From Candidatus Latescibacterota bacterium (GTDB taxonomy: Bacteria; Latescibacterota; UBA2968): a stretch of 64,000 nucleotides of DNA. Of this stretch, positions 1-10,356 are shown one piece after another (the first letter of the stretch is position 1; the number at the start of each line of letters is the position of its first letter). The notes under the pieces were generated by a model that had not been told where the DNA came from, did no database searches, and saw only the letters and a program-made list of their open reading frames with translations. The position numbers were made by a program, and so were the translations under genes. The stretch is taken from assembly GCA_965222605.1 (NCBI GenBank), contig OZ244960.1:2304001-2368000 (forward strand), read 5' to 3'.

Positions 1-2
1 AT

Positions 3-404
3 CAAAATTTGTATCAAACCGTGAAAGGCATCTCAGCCGCAGCGCGTATTGTAAATGACGGCGGAACAATACTGGTCGCGAGCGCGTGCAGCGATGGCGT
101 CCCCGATCACGGCAATTTTGCGGCATTGATGCGCGAAGGCCACACACCTGCAGATGTAATAGAATCCGTTTATGCACGCGAACCGATCCTCGACCAGTGG
201 CAGGCGCAAATTCTATCGGGCATTTTAGACCGCGTAAATGTAAAAGTCTATACCGAAATGGACAAAGAAGAAGTCCGGGCCTGCAAACTACAAGTCATTC
301 CCGACCTCAATAAAGCAATACACGAACACCTGAAGTCTCGGGATACGCACATCGCCCTATTGCCCGATGGCCCACTTGCAATTCCCTACCTGAAGAGCAA
401 CTGA
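3..404 (+). CDS. Nickel-pincer lactate racemase LarA-family protein, C-terminal part (5' end outside window)
   Basis: QNLYQTVKGISAA...GGTILVASACSDG...DQWQAQIL...LPDGP motifs typical of the LarA C-terminal domain; frame is open to the window edge. Confidence 0.75.
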   Translation, partial: QNLYQTVKGISAAARIVNDGGTILVASACSDGVPDHGNFAALMREGHTPADVIESVYAREPILDQWQAQILSGILDRVNVKVYTEMDKEEVRACKLQVIPDLNKAIHEHLKSRDTHIALLPDGPLAIPYLKSN

Positions 405-421
405 TGGAAAGGACTAAAGCT

Positions 422-1141
422 ATGCGTTTATTATTTGTTAGCATTGCAATCCTGATGCTAACCGCAGAAATACAGGCCGGTGAACCGTTTGCCCTCGTCG
501 AGTTGTTTACCTCACAGGGCTGATCGAGTTGTCCCCCGGCCGACAGGTTGCTCGGCGAGATCGCAGATTCGGAACGGCGCGTATTCGCGCTTTCTTTTCA
601 TGTGGATTATTGGAATCGACTCGGTTGGAAAGACCCATTTAGCCAGGCTATTTTTTCCGATCGACAGAGACGCTATGCAAGGGTATTAGACGATCACCGC
701 GTATATACGCCACAGATCATTGTGAATGGTACAGATGGATTTGTAGGATCCCATCGCGGGCGTGCAGAAGAGGGGATTCGAGAAGCACTAACACGAGAAG
801 CGCGATTCACGATAGAAATAAAAGCACGCATCGACACAAATGCTGTTTTTGTAGATTACGCACTCAATGAGGTACCCAAACAAAGCGTAATCAACATCGC
901 ACTGGTCGAACGCGATCTGAGCGTTGAAGTCTCGAGGGGGGAAAATGCCGGGCGCCTACTGCAACATCACAACGTGGTGCGAACCTTCATGCATATATCG
1001 CCTGAAAAAAAAGGAAGGATACAAATTGCGGTTCCCAAAGGGGTAAATTTGACGCGGACATCCATTATCGGATATGTACAAAATCGAACAACAATGAAAA
1101 TTTTGGGCGCGGCAGCGTGGGAGCTGAAGGCTGGCGGTTAA
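422..1141 (+). CDS. DUF1223-family thioredoxin-like secreted protein, probable selenoprotein (in-frame TGA at 521-523, UxxC)
   Basis: ATG 422 after AAGGA RBS; signal peptide; VELFTSQG-[TGA]-SSCPPAD matches the family motif VELFTSQGCSSCPPAD; in frame with ORF 548..1141 (FHVDYWN..GWKDPFS..VYTPQ). Confidence 0.85.
539..556 (+). promoter_or_regulatory. Putative bacterial SECIS hairpin
   Basis: GCCGA-CA-GGT-TG-C-TCGGC stem-loop starting 16 nt after the in-frame TGA, with a G-starting apical loop. Confidence 0.6.
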
Positions 1142-1174
1142 ATTCAACACAAGGTCGCACGCCAACTCCTCTCA

Positions 1175-2755
1175 TCAAACAGGACCAGCCTCTATAATCT
1201 CATCGCTGACCCCATCTTCAAACTGCACAAAATTTTCCTTAAATAACCGCGCCAGATGCGTGGACCTCGCATCGTATTCAGACGGATTAGACCACGTCGC
1301 ACGCGGAGACAAAATACTGCCCGTGACATCTGGACAGGTCTTGGGGACCTCAAAACCAAAGCGCGGATCTGTTTCGCATGCGACATCTGTCAAAGCACCA
1401 TTGTGTATCGCCCGAATAATTGAGCGGGTATTGGTCAGTGTAATGCGCTTGCCAACGCCGTAGCCACCACCCGACCAGCCCGTGTTGACCAGCCACACAT
1501 CCGAATTGTGTTGCTGGATTTTTTGTGCGAGTTGCTCAGCGTATTTCCCCGGATGCCACACGAGAAAAGGCGCGCCAAAACAAGCCGAAAAAGAAGCCTG
1601 TGGTTCGGTAACACCCATTTCTGTACCCGCGACCTTGGCCGTATAACCGCTGATAAAATGGTACATCGCCTGAGCAGGCGTGAGCTTGCTCACCGGAGGC
1701 AAAACCCCAAACGCATCACAGGTCAAAAAGATGACATTTTTCGGATGACTACCCACACATGGAATCTGTGCATTGGGAATATACTCGATAGGATAAGCCG
1801 CGCGCGTATTTTCCGTAACAGAATCGTCATCGTAATTAACCACGCGCGTATTCTCGTCAAAAACGACATTTTCGAGCACCGTTCCAAAACGGATCGCATT
1901 GTAAATTTCAGGCTCGCGCGCTTGCGAAAGGCCAATGCACTTGGCGTAACAACCGCCCTCAAAATTGAAAATGCCGCGATCGCTCCACCCGTGCTCATCA
2001 TCGCCAATAAGCCGCCGCCTCGGATCCGCAGAAAGCGTCGTTTTCCCGGTACCAGAAAGACCAAAAAAGAGCGCCGTATCACCCGCTGCACCCACATTGG
2101 CCGAACAGTGCATCGAAAAAATATCCTGCTTGGGCAAAATATAGTTCAGAACCGTAAAAACACCTTTTTTCATCTCCCCCGCATATTCCGTCCCCAAAAT
2201 AACCATCTCCCGCATTTCAAAACTCACATCCACACTCGTCGTCGAGGTCATCTCAGCCGTATATCGGTTCGCGGGAAACCTGCCTGCATTAAAAATGACA
2301 TAATCCGGTTGACCAAAATTTTCAAGCTCTGTACGCGAGGGACGCATAAGCATATTGTGCATAAACAAAGCATGATAAGCCCGAGCGCAAATAACGCGCA
2401 CCTTAATGCGATATTTGGGATCCCAACCCGCATAACCGTCAACCACATAGATGCGATCACAAACATTGAGATAATCGATAGCCCGCTCTCTATTGACGAG
2501 AAACGTGCGCTCGTCGAGTTTGATATTGACCTCACCCCACCAGATATTATCCGCACTATCGGGATGATTCACAATGCGTTTGTCCTCTGGACTGCGCCCG
2601 GTCTTTTCTCCCGAACGCACAATAAGTGCCCCTGTACTGGTAATAGTTGATCCGGTTTCATGGGTCAGCGCCTCTTCGTAAAGCACCGCTGGCGAAGCAT
2701 TGCGCAAAATAAACGGCCTGGTAATATTGTAGCGTTCCAGATTTATTCCGGTCAT
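1175..2755 (-). CDS. pckA: Phosphoenolpyruvate carboxykinase (ATP)
   Basis: [32 protein letters not shown]-loop, [23 protein letters not shown] motifs. Confidence 0.97.
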   Translation of the reverse strand: MTGINLERYNITRPFILRNASPAVLYEEALTHETGSTITSTGALIVRSGEKTGRSPEDKRIVNHPDSADNIWWGEVNIKLDERTFLVNRERAIDYLNVCDRIYVVDGYAGWDPKYRIKVRVICARAYHALFMHNMLMRPSRTELENFGQPDYVIFNAGRFPANRYTAEMTSTTSVDVSFEMREMVILGTEYAGEMKKGVFTVLNYILPKQDIFSMHCSANVGAAGDTALFFGLSGTGKTTLSADPRRRLIGDDEHGWSDRGIFNFEGGCYAKCIGLSQAREPEIYNAIRFGTVLENVVFDENTRVVNYDDDSVTENTRAAYPIEYIPNAQIPCVGSHPKNVIFLTCDAFGVLPPVSKLTPAQAMYHFISGYTAKVAGTEMGVTEPQASFSACFGAPFLVWHPGKYAEQLAQKIQQHNSDVWLVNTGWSGGGYGVGKRITLTNTRSIIRAIHNGALTDVACETDPRFGFEVPKTCPDVTGSILSPRATWSNPSEYDARSTHLARLFKENFVQFEDGVSDEIIEAGPV

Positions 2756-2843
2756 AAATTAACTCCTCTCAATTGTCAGCAGTCAGCCCAACCAGCCCCC
2801 AGCCCCTCACAATATATCACACAAAACACGCCAAACCAAATTT

Positions 2844-2866
2844 TACTCCACGCACAAAAATTCCTT
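2844..2866 (+). repeat. 23-bp direct repeat, left copy
   Basis: TACTCCACGCACAAAAATTCCTT, identical to 16508-16530. Confidence 0.8.
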
Positions 2867-2956
2867 ATGACAGGCGCATTATTCTGAGCGGTTGGCTTAA
2901 ACTCTCTGGCCAGTTCAGCCGGACTGCGGGCTTAAGCATTTACATCTTTTTGTCCA

Positions 2957-2996
2957 AAGACCAATCAGTATCGCTCGCTGATTGGTCTTAATTTTT
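2957..2996 (+). terminator. Hairpin with 12-bp stem, rho-independent terminator-like
   Basis: AAGACCAATCAG-N9-CTGATTGGTCTT followed by AATTTTT. Confidence 0.5.
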
Positions 2997-3039
2997 GCGT
3001 ATAATAATCTTTATACGCCAAAATGCCATTGCAAACCCC

Positions 3040-3457
3040 TGTTTTATTGATGAATACGACAAACCGATTCTGGACGTGCTGGATGAGCCTGAAGTCGCTC
3101 GTGCCAACCGCGATTTTCTGCGCGGTCTGTATTCGACGATCAAGTCCAGTGATGCCCATATCAAATTCACATTCCTCACTGGCGTCAGCAAATTTCGCGA
3201 GCCTGGGTCTCAATATCACGGTAGAGGACAGCAGCAGTCATGGGCGTGTGGATATGACCGTTCACTTCAACGATAACATCTACCTGTTCGAGTTCAAGGT
3301 GGTGGAACTGGCGTCTGAGAGAGCTGCGATGGCGCAGTTGCAGGCAAAGGGATATGCGGACAAATACCGGGGTCTGGATCAGCCAATTCACCTGATCGGG
3401 GTAGAGTTCAGCAAAGATACCCGCAATATAACGGCCTTTGAGGTGGCAGGTGCGTGA
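3040..3457 (+). pseudogene. Remnant of an AAA-ATPase-like / PD-(D/E)XK nuclease gene with internal deletion and frame change
   Basis: One frame gives IDEYDKPILD...FTFLTGVSKF (AAA-like part); another gives GRVDM...YLFEFK...AMAQLQAKGYADKY...IGVEFSK (nuclease C-terminus); N-terminus and middle are missing. Confidence 0.8.
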
Positions 3458-3490
3458 GAGGTGAGAAATGCGAGCAGCCATCAGCTTTCA

Positions 3491-3539
3491 GTCCCCCGCC
3501 CCGATTCCATATCCTGATTCTATTCCAAGCACAAAAATT
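3491..3539 (+). repeat. 49-bp imperfect direct repeat (internal copy)
   Basis: 45/49 identical to 16478-16526 by manual alignment. Confidence 0.8.
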
Positions 3540-3853
3540 TCTCACTTGACTTTTTTTTGTTTATTGTTATCTAAAATGCAAGCGATTGTTTAACCGAACT
3601 TTATCAGGAGTGAGACGATGAGGCAGATTTGTTCCACGACCTGCTATGAACGTTAGTCCTTTATTAACAAACGATTGTCGCCTCTTTCTGTGCCTGTATG
3701 CAAACGTTCGCTAAACCTCTTTAGAAGGAAATTTATCGTGAAGAACTTAGCTCATATCGCTTCAACTATCACCGCGGCCGTCTGCGAAGGTATCCTCTCC
3801 GTTCCCACTTGCGAGTTGGTCAAAACCGCCAATCGGAAAGGAAGAAGGACATT

Positions 3854-6800
3854 ATGTCCAGATTTTTCGTTGTACCAATCCTGCTCACGTTTGTCGTTTT
3901 GACGAACGCGGAAGCGCAGCAGACGCCCGTCCTTCTGGTGTCCAACATCGACAAAACCCAGAAGACCGGTCCCGGCTCCCGCCTTGTCGCAGGCGAATCA
4001 ATGGCCGCAATCGGTTTTGGTACCGGCGACGACAATGGCGGCTACGCGCTTACCGGGCTCGATGTCAAATTCCATCAAGACCAGGGGACCGGGGACGAAG
4101 TCCAGCTCGAGCTCTGGTCCTCCGGTTTTCCGGAGAGCAACGGTAATCGACCCTACGCAAAGCTGCTGGTCTTTGACAATCCGGACCGCATCTCCGAAGG
4201 CAACAACACGTTCACACTGCCACAGCCCTTTTATCTAAACGATGGTTGGACTTATTTCATCGTCGGCAGAGCACCCAAATACAAACCCGGCGCCGAGAGC
4301 ACGCAGTGGTGGTTTGCCACCACGGACTCGGACGGACAGGACCGCGTCGATCGCGATTGGTGGATCGGAGACAACACCTTCCGATACGCCGGTTCAGGGG
4401 CCTGGCCGAACCGCGTTACCACGCTCAGCAGAGTCCCGATGATCGCGATCAAGGGCTACGCGCTCGACCGTCTGACCTATAACACCGACGGGAGGATCAA
4501 TGGATACCACGTCGTGGGAGGTAATTCCAGCGGCAACTGGTTGGCGCAGGTTTTCACTACGGGACACGACAACGAAGGCTACGACCTGCACAGCATCGCA
4601 TTGGCGTTCGAAAAAGATTCGGGTCGAGGTATTCCCACTGATGGCGATCGCTTAATCGTGTCTCTATACACGGCTAAAGTGGTCGGCTCTGAACGGCATC
4701 CGGACCGAAAGCTGTTTGACTTTGTGAGTCCCCCCGTGTTCAGAGAAGGCATAGACAACGAGTTCGTCGCGCCGGAAGGATCGACGCTCAATCGGGACAC
4801 GCAATACGTGTTCGTCTTTCGCCGGAGGACTGGCGCGTGGGTATATATCCGGCGAACCAACGACAACGACCAGGAGGGCCAGGACGAATGGTGGATCAGA
4901 AACGAGGTGTACAAATCCACTGACGGCACGACGTGGAACTCGGATACCCGGGTCCCGAAGATGAGGATCTACGGCAAGAGGCGCACGGAACCGATAACAG
5001 AACCAATAACGGAACCGATACCCGAGCGGGTTCTCAATATCGGCGCGGACCGGACGGAGCGCGAGGGGAGCAATTTCGACATCGCGGTGACGTTGTCGGA
5101 AACAAGCGCGCAGGCAGTGTCCGTCTCTTTCCGGGGCACGGGAGGAACCGCCACCGGGAGCGACTATGGTCATGATGGACCGGCGATGGTAACGATCGAG
5201 GCCGGGCAGACGACGGCACAGATCAACTTCGACATCACCGACGACGATGCACCGGAGGGTGAGGAGTTCTTCTTTCTGGAGCTCCACAGTCCGACCAATG
5301 CAGTCATCGGGCGCGCCCAGGCACGGATCACCATACCGGCGAACGACAAACCGGCAGACGACAAACCGACGGACGCCACCAACCCCACACCCGGAACGCC
5401 GCAGGACAACGCAGGCCCAACCTTGCCCGTCTGCAACCGCACCTCGCAGGTGCGCGACGCGATTCTCGCCAGGCTGCCCGGGATCAATGACTGCGCTGCG
5501 GTCACCGCCTATAACCTCCGGAGCATCGATGGCGAGATGGATCTCCACAACAGGGGCATCACTTCCCTCAAGACCGGGGACTTCTCCGGAATGAACCGGC
5601 TGGAATTCCTGAAACTGTCCGGAAACAGACTGAACACCCTCCCGGCCGGCGTCTTCGACGGCCTTTCCGCGGTGCGCGAGTTGTCCCTGCAAACCAACGA
5701 CCTGCGCTCACTGCCGGACGGCGCCTTCAGAGGCCTCACCGGCCCGCTGTGGATCATGCTGACCGGGAACGAATTCACCGCGTTTCCATCGGAAGCACTG
5801 GACGACCTCGGCCCCAACCTCACGGGCCTGTACATGGGGTTCAACGACCTGCGCTCACTACCCGACGACGCCTTCGAAGATTTCAAGCGGCTGAGGGCCA
5901 TCAACCTGGAGAACAACGACCTTATCTCGCTGCCCAACGGCATCTTCGACGACGTCACCACCCTGGAATACCTGTACCTCGGCAGCAACGACCTGACCGC
6001 CCTGCCCAACGGCGTCTTCGACGACCTCCGCCGTCTCCTGAAGTTGTATCTCACGCACAACGACCTGACCGCCCTGCCCAACGGCGTCTTCGACCATCTC
6101 GCCAGTCTCGATGACCTGGACCTGGGCGACAACGACCTGACCGCCCTGCCCAACGGCATCTTCGACGGCCTGAAAGACCTGAAGAGGTTGAACCTGAAAG
6201 GCAACGACCTGGCCGCCCTGCCCGGCGGTGTGTTCGAGGGCCTCTCGAAACTGACCCGGATGTACCTGGACGGCTTCACCCTGATACCCCGGCTGCTGCT
6301 GGCGGGCGGGGGCGTCGCGGTGAGGGTCGCGGAAGGCGTGCCCTTCCCGGTGAACGTGACGCTGTCGGCGAGGAACGCCGATCTGGCAACCACTGCGGCC
6401 GCCATCCCGGCTGGCACCACGACCAGCGAGGCAATCGCCGTTACGCTGCGCGGCGGGAGGTCGGCGCGGGCAACGATCACCGTGGCGTCAGCCGCGTTCC
6501 AAACCGACCCGGACAACTACGAGGGCCTCGACATCCGCACCGGCGCTGGCCTGATCCTCACGCGGGGATCAGGGGGACTGCAAGGGGCGGCGGTTCCGGC
6601 ACCCCCGCCGGACCCCGACGAGGAGACGACTCGGGCGACCATCCGATCGATCGCCTTCACCAGCGACCCGGGGAGGGACAACATCTACGTCTCTGGCAAC
6701 CTGGTCGAGGTGACGGTGACCTTCAGCGAGGAGGTGCGCGTGACCGGAAGGCCGCAACTGGAGCTGGACTTCGACGGCGTGGCCAAAACGGCGACGTACC

Positions 6801-7714
6801 GCGGCGGAACGGCCACAACGGCGATCTTCAGCTACAGGGTGAGAGAGGCCGACACGGACGCCGACGGCATTGCTATCGGCGCGAACAAGCTGACCCTGGA
6901 CCGCGCGAGCATCTGGGACACGGGCGTGCCCGGGAACAGAGCCGACATCACCCACGACGCGGTGCCCGCCGACCCCGGCCACAAGGTGAACCCTCCGGAC
7001 GTGACGGCGCCGGTCTTCGTCAGCGCCGCGACCTCCACGGACGGCACCCGGGTCGTCCTCACCTTCAGCGAAAGGATCACCGTACCGGCGCTGCTGCACT
7101 CGATCGTCAGGCTCGTCGACGTGGGCCTGGCCCGGTTCTTCATAGCGGTGGTCGGCGTGACCGTGGACGGCGACGAGGTGATCCCCTTCACCGCCGGCAT
7201 TTCCTGGAAAAACCTCATCTTCACCTTGCGTGAGCCGGTGACCCGGGGGCAGGAAGTCGCCGTGGCCTACGACAACATCTTCGCCCGCGACGCCGTCGGC
7301 ATCTTCATCGACGAAGCGGGCAACGCTCTGCAGAACTTCCCCTCCCAGGCGGTCGCCAACCGGTCCACGGTGGCCGACTCCGGGGAGGAGGACACCACCC
7401 CGGATCTGACGCTGAGTCCGAAGGAACTTCCGGTCACCGAGGGGGAGAACGCCACCTACACCGTGGCCCTGGGGAGCCAGCCCACGGCGAGCGTGAGCGT
7501 TGCGATCGCGAGCTCTTCGAGCAAGCTGTCGGCGAGTCCGGCACGTCTCGCGTTCACCACGGAAAACTGGAACGACGCCCAGACGGTCACGCTTACCGCG
7601 CGCCAGGACGACGACGACCTGAACTACTGGGTGAGCGTTAGTCATACGGCCAACGGAGGGGGCTACGACTCGACCGCGGCGAATGTGTACGTGGTCATTC
7701 AGGATGACGACTGA
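3854..7714 (+). CDS. Large secreted mosaic surface protein: two choice-of-anchor-R-like domains, Calx-beta, about 10 typical-class LRRs, SwmB-like and Calx/cadherin-like domains
   Basis: ATG 3854 after AAGGA; signal peptide; LVSN...FGTG and AQVFTTG domains; ITDDDAPEGEEFFFLEL Calx-beta; 24-aa LxxLxLxxNDLTALPNGxFD repeats. Confidence 0.8.
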   Translation: MSRFFVVPILLTFVVLTNAEAQQTPVLLVSNIDKTQKTGPGSRLVAGESMAAIGFGTGDDNGGYALTGLDVKFHQDQGTGDEVQLELWSSGFPESNGNRPYAKLLVFDNPDRISEGNNTFTLPQPFYLNDGWTYFIVGRAPKYKPGAESTQWWFATTDSDGQDRVDRDWWIGDNTFRYAGSGAWPNRVTTLSRVPMIAIKGYALDRLTYNTDGRINGYHVVGGNSSGNWLAQVFTTGHDNEGYDLHSIALAFEKDSGRGIPTDGDRLIVSLYTAKVVGSERHPDRKLFDFVSPPVFREGIDNEFVAPEGSTLNRDTQYVFVFRRRTGAWVYIRRTNDNDQEGQDEWWIRNEVYKSTDGTTWNSDTRVPKMRIYGKRRTEPITEPITEPIPERVLNIGADRTEREGSNFDIAVTLSETSAQAVSVSFRGTGGTATGSDYGHDGPAMVTIEAGQTTAQINFDITDDDAPEGEEFFFLELHSPTNAVIGRAQARITIPANDKPADDKPTDATNPTPGTPQDNAGPTLPVCNRTSQVRDAILARLPGINDCAAVTAYNLRSIDGEMDLHNRGITSLKTGDFSGMNRLEFLKLSGNRLNTLPAGVFDGLSAVRELSLQTNDLRSLPDGAFRGLTGPLWIMLTGNEFTAFPSEALDDLGPNLTGLYMGFNDLRSLPDDAFEDFKRLRAINLENNDLISLPNGIFDDVTTLEYLYLGSNDLTALPNGVFDDLRRLLKLYLTHNDLTALPNGVFDHLASLDDLDLGDNDLTALPNGIFDGLKDLKRLNLKGNDLAALPGGVFEGLSKLTRMYLDGFTLIPRLLLAGGGVAVRVAEGVPFPVNVTLSARNADLATTAAAIPAGTTTSEAIAVTLRGGRSARATITVASAAFQTDPDNYEGLDIRTGAGLILTRGSGGLQGAAVPAPPPDPDEETTRATIRSIAFTSDPGRDNIYVSGNLVEVTVTFSEEVRVTGRPQLELDFDGVAKTATYRGGTATTAIFSYRVREADTDADGIAIGANKLTLDRASIWDTGVPGNRADITHDAVPADPGHKVNPPDVTAPVFVSAATSTDGTRVVLTFSERITVPALLHSIVRLVDVGLARFFIAVVGVTVDGDEVIPFTAGISWKNLIFTLREPVTRGQEVAVAYDNIFARDAVGIFIDEAGNALQNFPSQAVANRSTVADSGEEDTTPDLTLSPKELPVTEGENATYTVALGSQPTASVSVAIASSSSKLSASPARLAFTTENWNDAQTVTLTARQDDDDLNYWVSVSHTANGGGYDSTAANVYVVIQDDD
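5900..6250 (+). repeat. 72-bp tandem LRR-coding repeats
   Basis: AACGACCTGACCGCCCTGCCCAACGGC recurs at 72-nt spacing. Confidence 0.85.
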
Positions 7715-7715
7715 A

Positions 7716-8972
7716 ATGAAACGATCGATATTCTTTCTTGCCGTGATGTTACCCCTCTGCCTGTGTGCTGACACCCATGCGCCCTTGCCGCTCGATACGT
7801 GGGAACTGGTGGAAAACAGTCTGAGGTTCAACGTTCAAACCATAATACTCTACCAGGGAGAAGAAGGGGATGAACCCATTCCCGCAACCCCCTCCGTCAC
7901 CCTTGAGCTATACCAGGGCAACTTCTACAAGCTATCCCTCATCTCCCGGGCAGATGAAGATTACACGTTTCCCCATTTCCTGCCGGGGCCGCCCGTTCAC
8001 GTTCCCTCCCCGTCAACGAGAGCTACCGCCGGGTTCGGCTATTACACCATTCAATCCGATACCCTGCGGTTCAATGCCCATTATGTACGACTGATCGCAG
8101 ACGGCGTGGACCTGGAAGAAATCGTAAAGCAGTCCAATGACACGAGAGCACTCAACGAATACAGGATCGTTCTTTCCTTCGTAAACGCTATCTTCCTCGA
8201 CCTCTTCAACGACCTCTACGCTTACCGGTCCGGCGACAGGCTGGTCTTCCTGCTGCCCCGTGACAGCAATTTTTCCGCCGCACCGGGGGATTACGAGGAA
8301 GAAATCGTCTGGGAGCTGCAGAGATCCGGAGGACCGCCGCCGTCGTCCATGACGGCCGTACATGCCACGGTACTCGGTGAGGAGGTAGAAGGCCTGACGG
8401 TGGCGTTCGCGCGGTCGATCGCCGGGCGTCCCCTCCATTATGTCTGGAGCGGGGTCACCGACGAGGCCGGCCGGATGGATCTGGACATTGTCACCCTGGA
8501 CCGGTCGGGAGTCACCGGCTACTACCAGGCCCGCGCCCGCAACGGTGCGGGTGCGATCGTGGGCCAATGGCACAGTATTCCCCTCAATCAAGACCGTCGC
8601 CAGATTCTGGAGTTAACGCCCGGAGAACGCGCGCGGGTGGTGGCAAGCCACTGGCTGAGCGCGTCAAAGGTCGTTGCGCCTGAGGGCGAGCAGCCCCCCG
8701 CCGGCCTGGCACCCAACTTTCCCAACCCCTTCAACGGCAGCACGCTGATAGTCTACCGGCTTGCAGACCCCGGACCGGTGCGGCTGGAGATCTTCAATTC
8801 CCTGGGTCAGCACCTGCGGACGCTCGTGGACGACGTACAGGCCGCGGGCCGTTACCGGGTCCAGTGGGATGCCCGCGACCAGCGTGGCGCCGAGGTGGCG
8901 GCGGGGGTCTATCTGATGCGCCTGGTCCATCCGGAAGGCGTGGACGCCCGGCGCATGCTGTTTCTCAAATAG
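7716..8972 (+). CDS. Secreted protein with C-terminal FlgD-Ig / T9SS type A-like domain
   Basis: Signal peptide MKRSIFFLAV; C-terminal NFPNPFN...LEIFNSLGQ...WDARD...GVYLMRL...MLFLK. Confidence 0.8.
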   Translation: MKRSIFFLAVMLPLCLCADTHAPLPLDTWELVENSLRFNVQTIILYQGEEGDEPIPATPSVTLELYQGNFYKLSLISRADEDYTFPHFLPGPPVHVPSPSTRATAGFGYYTIQSDTLRFNAHYVRLIADGVDLEEIVKQSNDTRALNEYRIVLSFVNAIFLDLFNDLYAYRSGDRLVFLLPRDSNFSAAPGDYEEEIVWELQRSGGPPPSSMTAVHATVLGEEVEGLTVAFARSIAGRPLHYVWSGVTDEAGRMDLDIVTLDRSGVTGYYQARARNGAGAIVGQWHSIPLNQDRRQILELTPGERARVVASHWLSASKVVAPEGEQPPAGLAPNFPNPFNGSTLIVYRLADPGPVRLEIFNSLGQHLRTLVDDVQAAGRYRVQWDARDQRGAEVAAGVYLMRLVHPEGVDARRMLFLK

Positions 8973-9047
8973 TGCTCCTGAACGGGTTTCTCGTGCAGGC
9001 ATGAAACGCTCAGTTGCATCACCCGACCACGCAAAGGAGGAATTGCA

Positions 9048-9818
9048 ATGAAATACGTGCTGTCTTTTTGGATCGTCGCGTTCATGGGTCTGGCATCTAC
9101 CGTTGCGGCGGAACAGCAATCGTTTGAGGGACAGGTCGTGAATGGGAAGTCCCTTCCAATCCATCGGGCGCGGGTCGCGCTTTACAGGCTCGACAATCCG
9201 CGCGCCCGGGTGACGACCATCACGGACGAAAACGGCGCCTTCTCGCTGCCCCTGGGAGACCTCGCGCGACCCAACGCGCTGCGGCAGAATCATCCCAATC
9301 CGTTCAATCCCTCCACCCTCATACCCTTCGAGATCTCGGAGGGAGGACACGTTCGCCTGGATATTTACAACATTCTGGGCCAGCGCGTGGTCACGCTGAT
9401 CGACGAAGAGCACCCGGCCGGGTTTTACAGGGTGCGGTGGGACGGCACGGATGCAGTCGGTCGGGGCGTGAGCGCGGGGGTCTATATCTACCGCCTCAGC
9501 ACTGCGAACTGGCGCGACGCGCGGAAATTGATGCTGCTCGACGGCGCATCGGGACGTCCGGGCGGCGGAGCCGTGAATTTCAGCGAAGAAAAGGCTCACA
9601 CGTTCGGCGTGAGGATCACCGGCGAGGGAATAATGCCTGAAACCTTCACCTGGCGCCCCGGCATGGGGTCCTTGGTGGCGGAAGTGAGACGTATAGAAGA
9701 CGTCCTTCCGCCCGAGATGGAGCACCCCGAAACAGCGGCCAATCCCTTCTCGGGGACCAGCCTCGCCTCGATTATCCAGACTGTTTCCGCGTACGGAATC
9801 GACATCGGGCGGGATTGA
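9048..9818 (+). CDS. Secreted protein with carboxypeptidase-regulatory-like beta domain and internal FlgD-Ig/T9SS-A-like domain
   Basis: AAGGAGG RBS; signal peptide; GQV...TDENGAF; QNHPNPFNPST...YNILGQRV...WDGTD...GVYIYRL. Confidence 0.75.
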   Translation: MKYVLSFWIVAFMGLASTVAAEQQSFEGQVVNGKSLPIHRARVALYRLDNPRARVTTITDENGAFSLPLGDLARPNALRQNHPNPFNPSTLIPFEISEGGHVRLDIYNILGQRVVTLIDEEHPAGFYRVRWDGTDAVGRGVSAGVYIYRLSTANWRDARKLMLLDGASGRPGGGAVNFSEEKAHTFGVRITGEGIMPETFTWRPGMGSLVAEVRRIEDVLPPEMEHPETAANPFSGTSLASIIQTVSAYGIDIGRD

Positions 9819-10356
9819 GCCAGCCACACCCATCCTTAAAGGAGACGTTCCATGAGCTTGAAATCGGCCGGCCACCGACCCCTCGTCGCGGCCCTCTGCG
9901 GCGTCCTCTTCGCGGCCTCGCTCGTCATCGTGCCGCTGGCCTCCGCGCAAGACGTGACCATCTGGTCCGCCGACCTGGATGTGAAAGCCCTCAATGTCGC
10001 CCAGGACGAACTCGGTTGTTCCGAAAGTGGCCCCTTTAATGGGCAGTGCGCCAACTCCAATGTTCTATCAGACGACGACTTCAAGTTGCACGGCACGACG
10101 TACACAATCAAGAGGATCGAAGACGACGGCGACGATCTGGTACTGACTCTGGATAAGCTCCTTCCCTCGAACGTGCTCAAGATCCTGACCCTGCACGTGG
10201 ACGATGATACCGAACTGGACTTCGATGACGCCAGCGTCAGCTCCAGCAACAAGCGTTACACCTGGGATTCCAGCCCCTCCTGGTCTTCGGGCGACGACGT
10301 GGACCTCAAGATCACGGACGCCAGCGGGCCGTCCCTGGTGAAGAACACCTCCCTAA

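Noticed and set aside
521-523. TGA read as a nonsense mutation (pseudogene), with ORF 548..1141 as the gene
   Set aside because: The stop falls exactly on the first Cys of CxxC, a SECIS-like hairpin follows and the rest of the gene is intact; Sec is the simpler reading
1508-2650. Long antisense ORFs (also 4664..5692, 5509..6516, 6569..7831, 8664..9950, 15444..16400, 58442..59335, 59933..61288)
   Set aside because: They lie opposite well-supported genes and show no recognisable motifs
5900-6250. Regularly spaced repeats as a possible CRISPR array (also 25600-26520)
   Set aside because: 72-nt in-frame periodicity within LRR coding sequence; intervening segments are homologous, not unique spacers
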